Positions 16,853 through 27,399 of a DNA stretch of 32,000 bases are shown in pieces. This DNA is from Opitutales bacterium. Its GTDB lineage: Bacteria; Verrucomicrobiota; Verrucomicrobiia; Opitutales; UBA9783. The position numbers were made by a program, and so were the translations under genes. The notes under the pieces are model-generated. The model was not told the origin of the DNA. It made no database searches and saw nothing but the letters and a program-made list of their open reading frames with translations. How positions within the stretch are numbered: position 1 is the stretch's first letter; every line of letters starts with the position of its first letter. The stretch is taken from the NCBI GenBank assembly GCA_046881885.1, contig JBKSMP010000007.1, positions 28,768-60,767 of the forward strand, written 5' to 3'.

Positions 16853-18598
16853 ATGAAAAGGTATTTACTTCATTTTTTTTATTTCGTTAGTTTGTTGGGA
16901 ACATCGCTAAATGCCCAAGTATTCTCAACACAAGTTCAACCTAATCCTGTACCTTTAGGGACCAAAGCCTATTGGATTATTTCCGCAAATCAGTTGTTGA
17001 ACAATGTTCAATTTAATTTGCCGACTATTCCCAATATAACGGTAAAATTTGAACGAAAATCTTCTCAAACACGCATTATTAATGGAAAATCTGAACAAAC
17101 AACTTCGTGGTATTTTTCCATTACACCCTCTCAAGAAGGCCATTTTACGATTCCAGAATTTTCTGCAAAAACAAATGACGCAACGTACACCATTCCTGCT
17201 ACTCGCATAGACGTCAGTGCATCTGGAACAACCACCTCCGAAACACAAAGCCCAGAAACGGATATTTACTTAACCTTAGACAATTCTATTCCTCAAAAAT
17301 GGTATGTGGGACAATGCGTTCCAAGTAAAATTAATCTCTTAACGCCGCCACAAATGCGTGGGCAATTGTCTAGCTTAGTCCAAAAAGTAGGTAATGCTTT
17401 TTCGGCGTCTCATTTGATCGAAGCACCACAAAAACAAGCCGTAGAACTCCAAGGCAAAACCTTTGCTTGTCTTTTTTGGCCAACGCTTCTGTGTTCATTA
17501 CAATCAGGCCAACAGACCCTTTCTTTCACGGTAGATTTAGAAGTTGAACGTTCTCGTCGAGTTACTTCGCTATTTGACAGTAATGATCCGTTAGCTGCTT
17601 TACGTCAAATTTCTAACATGTTTGACAGTGCAGAACCGGTTACCATTACATCTCGTACTTACAAAATTGACATCTTGCCATTACCGCTACCACAACCGGA
17701 TAACTTCAGTCAAGGAATTGGACAATTTAATCTTTCAAGTCCAATGCCACAAGTCAAAGAATTTATTCAAGATGAACCGTTTACTTATGTTGTAAAAGTC
17801 TCAGGATCAGGTAATTTTGACAATCTACAAGCACCACAATTGATCTACGATGCTTCTCAATGGCGTGTTTATGATCCAAAATCCAACTTTGTACCAAAAG
17901 ATGATCTTGGTTACTCAGGAGAGATGGATTATACGTATACAATTGTTCCACTTATAAAAGGGAATGCGACACCCCCGCAAGCTTCGCTTTGTTTCTTTAA
18001 TCCCGTACAAGGTCAATATGAGACGATAACACGACAACCTCTGTATGAAATCACTGTCAAACCGCCTTTACGCTCTCCAGCAAGCTATTCTAGCGCGATT
18101 GTAACGAATGGATCTTTAGAATCTTCCTCCACTACACCTTTTGATGCTATCTTTATCGATACGGTCGTTTGGACAAAGCCTTTTTCGATCAAAACTATAC
18201 AAATTATCTGCGGCATTATTGCTCTCATCCTCTTGGTTGCAGCGTATTTTAATCTTCGCAACAACTATAATGAGGCTTATAAAGCACGCTTGCTCGCTAC
18301 TAAAAAATTTCAAACACTTTACAATGAAGTAAAACAAGCTCACAAATCAAATGATGGAGCCGCCTTTTACGCTGCAACACACCAATTACTTATGTTTCTG
18401 CTAAAAGAAAAAGGGATTACAGACGCAAGCTCTTTACTGCAAGGCTTTAAAGCTCTCTCGATTGCCTTAAACGATGAGCAACAACAATGGCTCTTGCAAA
18501 GTGAAGCTTTTTATCAAGAAAGTAATTTCGGTGGCAAAACATGTCTCTGTCCAGAAAATTTATCGATTTTAAAACAATTATTAAAGGTACTCAAATGA
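16853..18598 (+). CDS. batD: BatD-like (oxygen-tolerance family) protein
   Basis: 581 aa with a signal peptide, a long beta-rich ectodomain and a TM near residue 440 (IICGIIALILLVAAYF), followed by a cytoplasmic helical tail. Position and architecture match BatD. Confidence 0.7.
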   Translation: MKRYLLHFFYFVSLLGTSLNAQVFSTQVQPNPVPLGTKAYWIISANQLLNNVQFNLPTIPNITVKFERKSSQTRIINGKSEQTTSWYFSITPSQEGHFTIPEFSAKTNDATYTIPATRIDVSASGTTTSETQSPETDIYLTLDNSIPQKWYVGQCVPSKINLLTPPQMRGQLSSLVQKVGNAFSASHLIEAPQKQAVELQGKTFACLFWPTLLCSLQSGQQTLSFTVDLEVERSRRVTSLFDSNDPLAALRQISNMFDSAEPVTITSRTYKIDILPLPLPQPDNFSQGIGQFNLSSPMPQVKEFIQDEPFTYVVKVSGSGNFDNLQAPQLIYDASQWRVYDPKSNFVPKDDLGYSGEMDYTYTIVPLIKGNATPPQASLCFFNPVQGQYETITRQPLYEITVKPPLRSPASYSSAIVTNGSLESSSTTPFDAIFIDTVVWTKPFSIKTIQIICGIIALILLVAAYFNLRNNYNEAYKARLLATKKFQTLYNEVKQAHKSNDGAAFYAATHQLLMFLLKEKGITDASSLLQGFKALSIALNDEQQQWLLQSEAFYQESNFGGKTCLCPENLSILKQLLKVLK

Positions 18599-19317
18599 TA
18601 CGTTGGATTTTTCTCTTTTTTCTTCCCTTGTCAGTCCACGCGATTTCACAAGAAAAAGCTGAAAACGCTGTCTTAAAAGGAAATCAAGCGATGGTCCAAA
18701 AGCAATGGGAACAAGCTATTCATTATTATCAAAAAGCTTTAACCTTTGCAGATAGCGCCCAAATCTATTTTAATTTAGCCAATGCGTACGCTTCTCAGCA
18801 ACAGCCCGGTTATGCTTTATTTTACTATTTAAAAGCCAAACAAATCCAACCTCGATGGAACAAACTGCAACAATTTGAAAAAAACTTATATGCTACATAT
18901 CCAAATTTGCCGCAACTTAGCCCAATCTGGTACCAACAAATCTTTAATTATTTCACTTGGGAAACTTGGCGTAATACCTGTCTTATTTTCTTTTGGAGCT
19001 CTCTATTTCTTGGAATCATTTATGTTGGATTTAAACGTTCACACATACTTCTAAAGGGCTGCATTTATAGCAGTATTTTTTGTGGTCTAATTGCCATTCT
19101 ACTTGCTTTAAATTATAAATATCAAAACATATACATCGCAGTAGAAGAAGCCATTGTACGCTTTGCCCCTACCGAAACAAGTCCTACACGACATGTATGG
19201 CCAATCGGTACCTATTGCTGGTCTAAAGATCAACGTGAATCCTACTTATTTGTCAGCAACGATCGCGCAGAAGATGGTTGGGTAAATAAAGCTCATTTGC
19301 GTTCTCTGGCACATTAA
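18595..19317 (+). CDS. batE: BatE-like protein (TPR + TM segments + C-terminal SH3b-like domain)
   Basis: The in-frame ATG at 18595 makes an ATGA overlap with the batD stop and gives the signal peptide MIRWIFLFFLPLSVHA. TPR segments (YYQKAL, YFNLANAY) and two TM helices are present. The C-terminus AIVRFAPTE.S......G.......DGWVNKAHL is SH3b-like. Confidence 0.65.
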   Translation: MIRWIFLFFLPLSVHAISQEKAENAVLKGNQAMVQKQWEQAIHYYQKALTFADSAQIYFNLANAYASQQQPGYALFYYLKAKQIQPRWNKLQQFEKNLYATYPNLPQLSPIWYQQIFNYFTWETWRNTCLIFFWSSLFLGIIYVGFKRSHILLKGCIYSSIFCGLIAILLALNYKYQNIYIAVEEAIVRFAPTETSPTRHVWPIGTYCWSKDQRESYLFVSNDRAEDGWVNKAHLRSLAH

Positions 19318-19324
19318 TTCCTAT

Positions 19325-20833
19325 ATGAAAGCCATCATTCAAATGATTACAGGAACGTTCTGTTCCCGCATATTAGGATTGCTACGGGATATTGTCTTTT
19401 TTGCGATCTTAGGCTCATCGATGGAAGCCTCTGCCTTTCTCATTGCTTTTGCTATTCCCAATCTCTTCCGGCGTCTTTGTGGAGAAGGGGCACTTAATTC
19501 GGCCTTTGTTCCTGTTTTTGCACAACGCTATGTTAAACATCCAGAAACTGCACATATCTTCTTAAACTCCTTCTTCTCTCGCATCAGCATTTATCTATTT
19601 ATTAGTATTTTTATCTTCATGCTAACACTCGCATGTATGGATCCTTTCATAAGCGATTCTAAGTGGACAACTGTCATTTATTTAACAAATGCCATGCTAC
19701 CTTATTTATGGTTCATTTGTATTGCAGCATTGTTTAATGGTGCCCTCAATGTACTCGATACATTTTCTTTAACCGCTTTTTCACCTGTCTTTCTTAATTT
19801 ATCCATGCTTACAGGACTTGGACTCTGTACCTTTGCCCAGGCTCCCATGCAACAAGTCATTATTGTGTCGATAAGCGTCGTTATTGGAGGTACTATTCAA
19901 TGGCTTTTACCCAAACTACAATTGAAAAAATTGGGCTTTCCCCTCAATCGATTTATTTGGGAAAAGGATAAAGATTTAACACACATTTGGCATCTTTTTA
20001 TTCCAAGTGTATTCGGGGCAGCTATTTTCCAAATTAACACGCTACTAGGACGTTTTTTAGCATTTTATACCGATGCAGAAGCCGTATCTTACCTCTATTT
20101 AGCAAACCGCTTTTTGGAACTACCTTTAGGCTTATTTGCATTTGCTATCATCTCGGTACTCTTACCAAAACTCTCACTTGCTGAAGCACAAAATAAGCTA
20201 CAACAATCAGGTACTATCTTAAAAAACTGCTTTGAATTATTGTTATTGTTGTTGCTCCCTGCTGGTTGCGCACTTTATGTTCTTGCGGAACCTATATTAC
20301 AACTCTTTTTTTGCTGGGGACGCTTCTCATTAAAAGATGTAGATGCCGTCGTACCCTTACTTAAACTATTTGCAATAGGCTTACCATTATTTGGCGTTTC
20401 CTCGCTACTTACTCGTGTATTTTATGCCCATAAAGACACACAAACGCCTGTAAAACTATCCTGCTATACGCTTATTTTTTACTTAGTAATTGCCCTAGTT
20501 TTAATGCCTTACCTCAAAATTGAAGGACTTGTTTGGGCTTCTATTCTCAGCACAGGCCTCCAATTTCTCTTGCAATGGCATTTGATCAAAAATCGCTATA
20601 TCCATTACAGTTTACGTTACACATGGATTTTAGGGAAAAAATGGATCTGCCTCCTGCTTTTTACATATTGCCTCTATAGCCATTGTAATACCTGCGACTG
20701 GAATTTGCCAAAGCTATCGGCGGCATTGCAACTTTTAAAACTGATTGGTATTCACGCTGCTTCCTATTTTATCCTTCTTGCTCTATTCGACAAAAAATCA
20801 TTTAAAAAACTTATCGTGCTACGTACCGAATAA
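19325..20833 (+). CDS. murJ: Lipid II flippase MurJ (MviN)
   Basis: 502 aa polytopic membrane protein. N-terminus SRILGLLRD.....LG.S....AF..AF.IPN.FRRL.GEGAL..AF.PVF is the MurJ signature. Confidence 0.9.
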   Translation: MKAIIQMITGTFCSRILGLLRDIVFFAILGSSMEASAFLIAFAIPNLFRRLCGEGALNSAFVPVFAQRYVKHPETAHIFLNSFFSRISIYLFISIFIFMLTLACMDPFISDSKWTTVIYLTNAMLPYLWFICIAALFNGALNVLDTFSLTAFSPVFLNLSMLTGLGLCTFAQAPMQQVIIVSISVVIGGTIQWLLPKLQLKKLGFPLNRFIWEKDKDLTHIWHLFIPSVFGAAIFQINTLLGRFLAFYTDAEAVSYLYLANRFLELPLGLFAFAIISVLLPKLSLAEAQNKLQQSGTILKNCFELLLLLLLPAGCALYVLAEPILQLFFCWGRFSLKDVDAVVPLLKLFAIGLPLFGVSSLLTRVFYAHKDTQTPVKLSCYTLIFYLVIALVLMPYLKIEGLVWASILSTGLQFLLQWHLIKNRYIHYSLRYTWILGKKWICLLLFTYCLYSHCNTCDWNLPKLSAALQLLKLIGIHAASYFILLALFDKKSFKKLIVLRTE

Positions 20834-20871
20834 AATTCTTACAAAAGGAAAAGTGCCAAAACGATTCGATC

Positions 20872-21204
20872 TTAGAGCAAGCCCAATTCCATCTTGCCTT
20901 CTTCTGAAATACGCTCCTGAGACCAGGGAGGATCCCAAACAAGTTCGATGTTAACCGATGCAACCCCATCCAAAAACTCAATGGCTTCATGGATCGATTG
21001 AAAAATGTAAGGAGCCATAGGACAAGAGGGTGAAGTAAGCGTCATCTTAATGCTAACATCAAAACCTTTCTCGGAAGCAGGCGTAAGCTGAACGTCATAA
21101 ACCAAGCCCAAATTAACGACATCTAAACGAACTTCGGGATCTTGAACCGTACGAAGTACATCCCAAATCTGTTCCTTTAAGCGATCATTTACATCAAGAT
21201 TCAT
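20872..21204 (-). CDS. DUF59 / SufT-like Fe-S cluster assembly protein
   Basis: 110 aa with V.DPE...D.V.LGLVYDV and MTLTSPSCPMAPYI motifs (DUF59/MIP18 family). It overlaps the sufD 3' end by 11 nt. Confidence 0.8.
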   Translation of the reverse strand: MNLDVNDRLKEQIWDVLRTVQDPEVRLDVVNLGLVYDVQLTPASEKGFDVSIKMTLTSPSCPMAPYIFQSIHEAIEFLDGVASVNIELVWDPPWSQERISEEGKMELGLL

Positions 21205-21982
21205 ACTCTTGTTCCAAAGGCAAATATCCTAAAAAGCCATCAAAATAGACCTGCTTAGCTTGATCGAATGAAAGGCCTCGAGACCTTAAATAAAACAAAA
21301 TTTCTTCTGGAATCGGCTGCGTTGCAGTACCATGAGAAGCTTCTATTTTTCGATTGAAAACATGCAAGTTAGGCAAAGAAATAACGCGAGAATCGGCATC
21401 TAACACATGATTTAGATTCCGTTGATGGGCTACTGCTTCTTCCGCCTCTTTTTGAACATACACATTCCCTATAAACTGCAACTTGCTTGCTTGTTCCAAA
21501 ACCGATTTAACACAACAATTAGATTGTGTTTGTGGTGCCAAATGATCAATTTCAATAGACAGCTTGCGCTCACCTTTAGTTAAGTACAAACCCTCTTGCC
21601 AATCAACTGCGGCCTTGGGTTCTAACAAGCGAATTGAAATGGATTCTTCCGAAGGTTTACTCGAATTTATTCGTGTAAAATGCTTAAGCGTAGCGGCTTG
21701 ATGAAGCGAAAATTGCAAATTTTTAGTACTTTCAGTCCCTATATGCTGCACACAAGCTTGAGGCAATAATTGGTATCTAACTTTATTATTTACTTCAAAC
21801 AATTGAATTTGGCTATTTTGCCCAAAAATCACATGGAACGCTTCAATAGCCTCAAACTGAATCCATGAAGTAATTTTCTGGTTTTCTAAAAAGGTAAAAC
21901 AAGGCAATCCTTCCTTTTCTAACCAAAAACCATATGGCGTTTCCTCGTAGAGCCGGATTGTTTCTACTTTATCCAATTGCAT
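21194..21982 (-). CDS. sufD: Fe-S cluster assembly protein SufD (short form)
   Basis: 262 aa. C-terminal SufBD signature [31 protein letters not shown]...GF. It lies downstream of sufB with a 14-nt overlap. Confidence 0.8.
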   Translation of the reverse strand: MQLDKVETIRLYEETPYGFWLEKEGLPCFTFLENQKITSWIQFEAIEAFHVIFGQNSQIQLFEVNNKVRYQLLPQACVQHIGTESTKNLQFSLHQAATLKHFTRINSSKPSEESISIRLLEPKAAVDWQEGLYLTKGERKLSIEIDHLAPQTQSNCCVKSVLEQASKLQFIGNVYVQKEAEEAVAHQRNLNHVLDADSRVISLPNLHVFNRKIEASHGTATQPIPEEILFYLRSRGLSFDQAKQVYFDGFLGYLPLEQEYES

Positions 21983-23339
21983 TTTCCACCTCCATATCGA
22001 TCAAACGCTTCAGTTCAACACTGTATTCCAAGGGAAAAGCTTGAACAAGATCATTCACAAAACCATTTACGCTTAAACTAACCGCTTCTGATCGCTTCAA
22101 GCCTCGTTGCTGCAAATAAAACAATTTCTCTTCATCTAAGGACGTAATACTCGCTTCATGCTGTACACAATGGGTATCGCCACAAACATCTACACAAGGA
22201 AAAGTTCCCGTAAGACTTTGATCATTGAGCAAAAGAGAATGACATTCGGTACTGTTTTTACAACCCTTTAATCCTGGTTGAACATAGACTTTTCCGCGAT
22301 AACCCGCCCAACCTTCATCAATTGAGATCGACTTTGAAACAATATTTGAAGTGGTTTCATCCGCTAAATGCAAAATACGGGCACCGGTATCTTGCCGTTG
22401 ACCTGAATGGGCCAAAGCAATCGATAAAACCTCACCACGTGCCTTTCTTCCTTTTAACAAAATTCCAGGATATTTAACGGTCGTTTTTGAGCCAATATTG
22501 CAATCAATCCAGCGGATTTCAGCCTCTTCTTCGGCCCAACCACGCTTTGTAACAATATTTAAGACGTTCGAAGACCAATTTTGAACGGTAACATACTGTA
22601 ATTTTGCCCCTTTTTTCGCAACTAATTCGACCACAGCAGAATGCAGATTTTGTGTATCAAAAGCAGGAGCGGTACAACCTTCCATATACATTAATTCCGC
22701 TCCCTCATCTAAAATGATCAAGGTTCGTTCAAATTGCCCTGAACGCTCCGCATTAATCCGAAAATACGCTTGTAATGGCTGCTGAACTTTTACCCCCTTA
22801 GGAACATAAATAAAGCTTCCACCACTAAAAACGGCACTATTAAGCGCTGCAAATTTGTTGTCTTGTATCGGCACAACCTTTGAAAAATAAGGCGCAAAAA
22901 CATCGTAATAACGACTTAATCCCTCTCGAGAATCTGTAAAAATGACACCTTGATCTTGCAACTGCTGGTGCATTTTGGAATAAGCAAATTCACTATCAAA
23001 TTGCGCCTCAACACCCGCTAAAAACTTACGTTCTTTTTCTGGAATTCCTAACTTTTCAAAGGTCTCTTTAACCGCTTCAGGAACCTCTTCCCAAGTCTTT
23101 TTAACCCGTTGACCTTCTGCAATATAATACTGCAAACTTTGAAAATTAATGTCGTTAAGTGTTTCTGGAACCCATTTCGGCAAACTTACTTTAGAAAAAT
23201 ATTCTAAGGCTTTTAGGCGAAAATTTAAAAGTGCTTCCGATTCTCCTTTTACAGAAGAAATATAACGGATTGTATCTGCATTGAGCCCAAATCCTGCATT
23301 TAATGCATAATCCGTTTTTGTGACACCAACCTCGCTCAT
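21969..23339 (-). CDS. sufB: Fe-S cluster assembly protein SufB
   Basis: SufB motifs are present throughout ([38 protein letters not shown]). The track start at 23345 is a GTG. The ATG at 23339 forms an ATGA overlap with the sufC stop, so I prefer it. Confidence 0.93.
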   Translation of the reverse strand: MSEVGVTKTDYALNAGFGLNADTIRYISSVKGESEALLNFRLKALEYFSKVSLPKWVPETLNDINFQSLQYYIAEGQRVKKTWEEVPEAVKETFEKLGIPEKERKFLAGVEAQFDSEFAYSKMHQQLQDQGVIFTDSREGLSRYYDVFAPYFSKVVPIQDNKFAALNSAVFSGGSFIYVPKGVKVQQPLQAYFRINAERSGQFERTLIILDEGAELMYMEGCTAPAFDTQNLHSAVVELVAKKGAKLQYVTVQNWSSNVLNIVTKRGWAEEEAEIRWIDCNIGSKTTVKYPGILLKGRKARGEVLSIALAHSGQRQDTGARILHLADETTSNIVSKSISIDEGWAGYRGKVYVQPGLKGCKNSTECHSLLLNDQSLTGTFPCVDVCGDTHCVQHEASITSLDEEKLFYLQQRGLKRSEAVSLSVNGFVNDLVQAFPLEYSVELKRLIDMEVENAIG

Positions 23340-24079
23340 TCCCACTGATACCCTTGTTGCTCGATTTTATCTAAAAATGTGCTACCCCCAGAATACAATT
23401 GCCGATCTTTTAGCAAATGAATCTTCGTCGGTTGCAATTGACGAATAAATTCAAAATCATGCGAAATAACAAAAAAACACGACTCCTTTTCTTGCCGCAT
23501 GGTTTGAAGGATATGAATGACGCGCTTTTTTGCATCGACATCCAAACCGCTATCAAGCTCATCCAACAATGCCAATTGAGGCTGCAATAACATCAATTGC
23601 AACAATTCACAGCGCTTTTTCTCTCCGCCCGAAAAGCCACAATGCAAGGCTCTTGATGTAAAATTCCTTGGAAGGCCAACTGCGTCTAATAATTCATATA
23701 AATGGCTGTAAAATTCGGTAGCTTTCCATTTGTGACCTGGATGTTCTGGAAACGCTTTTAAGGTGTTTCTTAAAAAATTAGCAAGCGTTAATCCTTCTAT
23801 TTCACAAGGATTTTGAAACGCTACAAATAACCCTTTTCGAGCTCTTATTTCAGGCGCTAACGCTTTTATTGCTTCTTGATTAAGCAAAATCTCCCCCTTC
23901 ACATCTGCATAAGAAGGATGGCCTGCTATCGCCTTTAAAAGCGAACTTTTCCCTACACCATTAGGGCCCAACAAAACATGCAATTCCCCTGCAACTAACT
24001 TTAAATTTATTTTTTCAAAAACAAGATTTCCTTCCAGCGTTAAGGACAAATCTTTAAGTTCAAATACGGCCTTACCCAT
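23336..24079 (-). CDS. sufC: Fe-S cluster assembly ATPase SufC
   Basis: 247 aa. Walker [11 protein letters not shown], the SufC-typical GHP.Y....G, signature [11 protein letters not shown], Walker [13 protein letters not shown]. Confidence 0.93.
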   Translation of the reverse strand: MGKAVFELKDLSLTLEGNLVFEKINLKLVAGELHVLLGPNGVGKSSLLKAIAGHPSYADVKGEILLNQEAIKALAPEIRARKGLFVAFQNPCEIEGLTLANFLRNTLKAFPEHPGHKWKATEFYSHLYELLDAVGLPRNFTSRALHCGFSGGEKKRCELLQLMLLQPQLALLDELDSGLDVDAKKRVIHILQTMRQEKESCFFVISHDFEFIRQLQPTKIHLLKDRQLYSGGSTFLDKIEQQGYQWE

Positions 24080-24112
24080 ATGAGTTTACTACATAATGAA
24101 GGTCTTTAGAAG

Positions 24113-24952
24113 TCAATCCTTTAATGCGTCGTAATCAATACTCATTAATTTCTTTTGCGGATTTTTGAGCGAAGGAATGCAATTAATTAAAGCTTGTGTG
24201 TAAGGATGTTGCGCTTGGGACAAAATCTGCTCTGTTCTGCCTCGTTCAACAATTTTTCCACGAAACATGACTAGTACATTCTGTGCAAAATTCTTTACAA
24301 GGCCCAAATTATGCGTAATTAAAATAATTGACAAATTTTCAGAAGCTTGAAGCGATTTAAGCAGATCCATAATCTGTTTTTGCAAAGTAACGTCTAAAGC
24401 TGTTGTAGGTTCATCTGCAATCAAAATTTGAGGCTTACAAGCCAACGCAATTGCAATCATCACACGTTGCTGCATCCCACCACTTAATTCAAATGGATAG
24501 GCTTTATAACAACGTTCAACGTTTTTTAACCCTACTTTTTTAAGTGTTTCTAAAACTACTTTTTTTATATCTTTGACCTTCGGTTGATGCAAGCGTACCG
24601 CTTCTCCAACTTGATACCCAACTGTCAATGCAGGATTGAGTGATGTCGATGGATTCTGAAAAATATACGCAATCTGTTTGCCACGAATTTTTTGCAATTG
24701 CTTTTCGGTATATTGCAATAAATTTCCAGTATTGTTTACAAAAACTTCACCCGATAAAACACATTTCGGTTTTTTTGGCAATAATTGCGTCAAAGCTAAT
24801 GCCGTAACCGATTTCCCGCTACCGCTTTCTCCTACAATAGCCAAGGTTTCTCCTTTATGCAGCTCAAAATCAAGCCCATGCACAACCTCCACAAAACCGT
24901 CCTCTTGCGCAAATTGTACACGTAAATCTTTAACCGAGAGCACCGTTTCCAT
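24113..24952 (-). CDS. Oligopeptide/dipeptide-type ABC transporter ATP-binding protein (OppD/DppD family), no permease or binding protein in the window
   Basis: Walker A GESGSGKS, signature YP.ELSGGM.QRV.IA.AL, Walker B LIADEPTTALD, C-terminal HPYT.AL. The start is ambiguous (ATG at 24952 or 24958; the track start at 24988 adds a hydrophobic leader). Confidence 0.85.
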   Translation of the reverse strand: METVLSVKDLRVQFAQEDGFVEVVHGLDFELHKGETLAIVGESGSGKSVTALALTQLLPKKPKCVLSGEVFVNNTGNLLQYTEKQLQKIRGKQIAYIFQNPSTSLNPALTVGYQVGEAVRLHQPKVKDIKKVVLETLKKVGLKNVERCYKAYPFELSGGMQQRVMIAIALACKPQILIADEPTTALDVTLQKQIMDLLKSLQASENLSIILITHNLGLVKNFAQNVLVMFRGKIVERGRTEQILSQAQHPYTQALINCIPSLKNPQKKLMSIDYDALKD

Positions 24953-25025
24953 AACCATCCACAATACTATATTGCTTATAAAATGCAATGATATTTGATT
25001 CTTCCCAAAACTTCAATCCATAATC

Positions 25026-25898
25026 TCACATTTGCGGATGAGATTTTTGATAAACTTTTTGCAAATACGCGATATTTACATGCGTATATTTTTGCGTTGT
25101 AGAGAGATTGGCATGTCCAAGAAGTTCCTGGACAATACGCAAATCCGCACCATTTTGAAGCAAATGAGTAGCATAGCTATGCCGACAACTATGCGGAGTC
25201 ATATCTAAGGGCAAATGGGCTGCAATAAGATATTTCTTCACAAGTAACTGGATCGAACGTGTAGTTAGCGCTTTACCAGATTCCCCTGGTATAAGCACTT
25301 GAGTCGGTTTGCAAGCATACAAGGCTTTTAAAGCGTTAAGTGCGGGAATACCAATCGGAATCATCCGCTCTTTATTGCCTTTCCCTAAAATACGAATGAG
25401 ACGGTTTTCCCAATCTACATGTTCGCAGCGCAATTTGACTACTTCACCAACACGCACACCACCCCCATAAAGTAATTCCAATAAAGCTTTATCGCGCTTC
25501 CAAAAGAACTCTGTCAGTTTGCCATCTGCAAACAACCTATCGGGCATATCTAAAAGCAATTTTATCTGCTCTACAGTGAAAAAATGCGGCAACTTAGATT
25601 CAAACTTTGGACTTATGTCTGCAAACTCAGCAGGCATCACAATTCCGGAGTTTATTTCTAAAAATTGAAAAAAGGTACGCAATGCCGATAATTCATTATT
25701 TAGCGTACGCTTTCCTACTGCACGTTTTTGCAAAAAAAGCTTCAAATGGCTTCCTACCGTAAAAGAAAAACCACGCTCTTCAGAAAAATCCAACCAACGC
25801 TGTACGGCTCGCAAATAATTACGTAACGTATAAGACGAATACGCTCGTTGCTTAAGAAAATTTTCAAAAGCTTCTAGTTCACACTTTGAAGAACTCAT
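25026..25898 (-). CDS. Tyrosine site-specific recombinase, XerC/XerD family
   Basis: 290 aa. The N-terminal core-binding domain (YS..T...Y.R....WLDF) and catalytic residues are present: GGVRVGE, HSCRHSYATHLL, LGHANLSTTQKYTHV. It has an ATGA overlap with the der stop. I cannot assign XerC versus XerD. Confidence 0.88.
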   Translation of the reverse strand: MSSSKCELEAFENFLKQRAYSSYTLRNYLRAVQRWLDFSEERGFSFTVGSHLKLFLQKRAVGKRTLNNELSALRTFFQFLEINSGIVMPAEFADISPKFESKLPHFFTVEQIKLLLDMPDRLFADGKLTEFFWKRDKALLELLYGGGVRVGEVVKLRCEHVDWENRLIRILGKGNKERMIPIGIPALNALKALYACKPTQVLIPGESGKALTTRSIQLLVKKYLIAAHLPLDMTPHSCRHSYATHLLQNGADLRIVQELLGHANLSTTQKYTHVNIAYLQKVYQKSHPQM

Positions 25899-27259
25899 TG
25901 GGCTTCTGGCAAAACTTCACGCTTAGGTTTTTCAATCCAATCCCAAACAACTGGACAACCAGACAATTTGAATTGTGTACGTAAACTATTTTCTAAAAAC
26001 CGCTTATAGGCTTGAGGTAACCAAACAAGCCGATTACAAAAGATTTTCAAAGTTAAAGGTGTTTGTTCCTTTTGTACTGCGTAATAAATCTTAAAATGCT
26101 TACCATGACAGGATGTTGGCGGTTTCTGCAATTGCAACTTTTGAAAGAAACGATTTAAAGCACCAGTCGTAATCTGCGTCTGCAAACGTTTTTGAAGGGC
26201 TTTTATTTGATTCAGAAACAACTCCAAACCTTCATGGGACTTAGCAGAAATAAAAACAATTGGAGCATCACAGAAGGGACAAATACGACGTAATTCCTCC
26301 AAAAATTCTTGTTGAAATTTTTCTGGATTTTTCCCTTTTTCAGCCAAACGTTCACGGGCAATATCCCACTTATTAACAGCTAAAATACAGCCTTTACCCA
26401 ATCGCGAAACCTCATTGATAAGGTTTTTGTCAATTTCAGTCGGTCCCGTCAAACTATCTAATAAGATAACCGCAATATCTACCTTTTTAAGGGCAGCGTT
26501 GGTACGAACCGATGAAAAAAACTCTACCGCATCTGTCGTCTGCTTGCGCACACCTGCTGTATCCACCAAAATAAAATGTTCCGTTTGTCCCGTCTTCCTA
26601 AAGGTCCAAGAAAAAGGACATTCAATCGCATCTCGAGTCGTACCCGCCACATCGCTAACCAATACACGATTTTCCTTCAATAAGGCGTTTGTAAGAGAGG
26701 ATTTGCCGACATTAGGACGACCGATTAAAGCAAATTGTGAGGTCAGTTCTACAGGCGCTACAGGATCACCTTTACCCGGCAAAACCTGTTCTATCGCTTC
26801 CTTCAATAAATCAATGTTGATATTATGTTCTGCAGAAATCGGTATCAAAACTTCCCAACCCAAACGATAAAACTCAGCTAAATTGGATTCTTCTCTTTCG
26901 GTATCAATCTTATTAACAGCTAAAATAAGCGGTACATTTAACTGACGCAAATCTTGAGAAATCTGACGATCCATCGGCGTCAATCCTTTGCGACCATCTA
27001 AGACCCAAACAATGCATTGAGCCTTCTGCAAAGCATCCCAAACCCGATTTTCAACCGATTGCGAAAACGCATCTCTTGGACTGAATAAACCACCACTATC
27101 CATCAATTGATAATGATTATCGATCGTCGTCGTAATAAAATCTCGCGTTACACCCGGTTGATCGTAAACCACCGCCATCTTTGAACGACTTAAACGATTA
27201 AATAACGTACTCTTTCCAACGTTTGTTTGCCCAAATAATAATACCGATGGTAAACTCAT
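25895..27259 (-). CDS. der: Ribosome-biogenesis GTPase Der (EngA)
   Basis: 454 aa with two tandem GTPase domains (GQTNVGKST...NKID and GRPNVGKSS...NKWD) and a C-terminal KH-like domain. Confidence 0.93.
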   Translation of the reverse strand: MSLPSVLLFGQTNVGKSTLFNRLSRSKMAVVYDQPGVTRDFITTTIDNHYQLMDSGGLFSPRDAFSQSVENRVWDALQKAQCIVWVLDGRKGLTPMDRQISQDLRQLNVPLILAVNKIDTEREESNLAEFYRLGWEVLIPISAEHNINIDLLKEAIEQVLPGKGDPVAPVELTSQFALIGRPNVGKSSLTNALLKENRVLVSDVAGTTRDAIECPFSWTFRKTGQTEHFILVDTAGVRKQTTDAVEFFSSVRTNAALKKVDIAVILLDSLTGPTEIDKNLINEVSRLGKGCILAVNKWDIARERLAEKGKNPEKFQQEFLEELRRICPFCDAPIVFISAKSHEGLELFLNQIKALQKRLQTQITTGALNRFFQKLQLQKPPTSCHGKHFKIYYAVQKEQTPLTLKIFCNRLVWLPQAYKRFLENSLRTQFKLSGCPVVWDWIEKPKREVLPEAQ

Positions 27260-27399
27260 ACCCCTTAATGTCTATAAAAACTCCCGCCTTGGCAAGCGTA
27301 ATCTTTACTTATAGAAGAGATTTCAGTATTAAACCACTCAATAGATTTTCTTAATTTTATTGACAAAAAAGGCTTTTTAAAATTCCTTTAGTAGAGTGT

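Noticed and set aside
25026-25898. Tyrosine recombinase considered as the integrase of a tRNA-Arg-inserted island
   Set aside because: It has the XerC/XerD-type N-terminal domain and the near-consensus Xer C-terminus (LGHANLSTTQKYTHV). It is translationally coupled to der by an ATGA overlap. It lies on the 5' side of the tRNA, separated from it by der. A housekeeping chromosome-dimer resolvase is much more likely.
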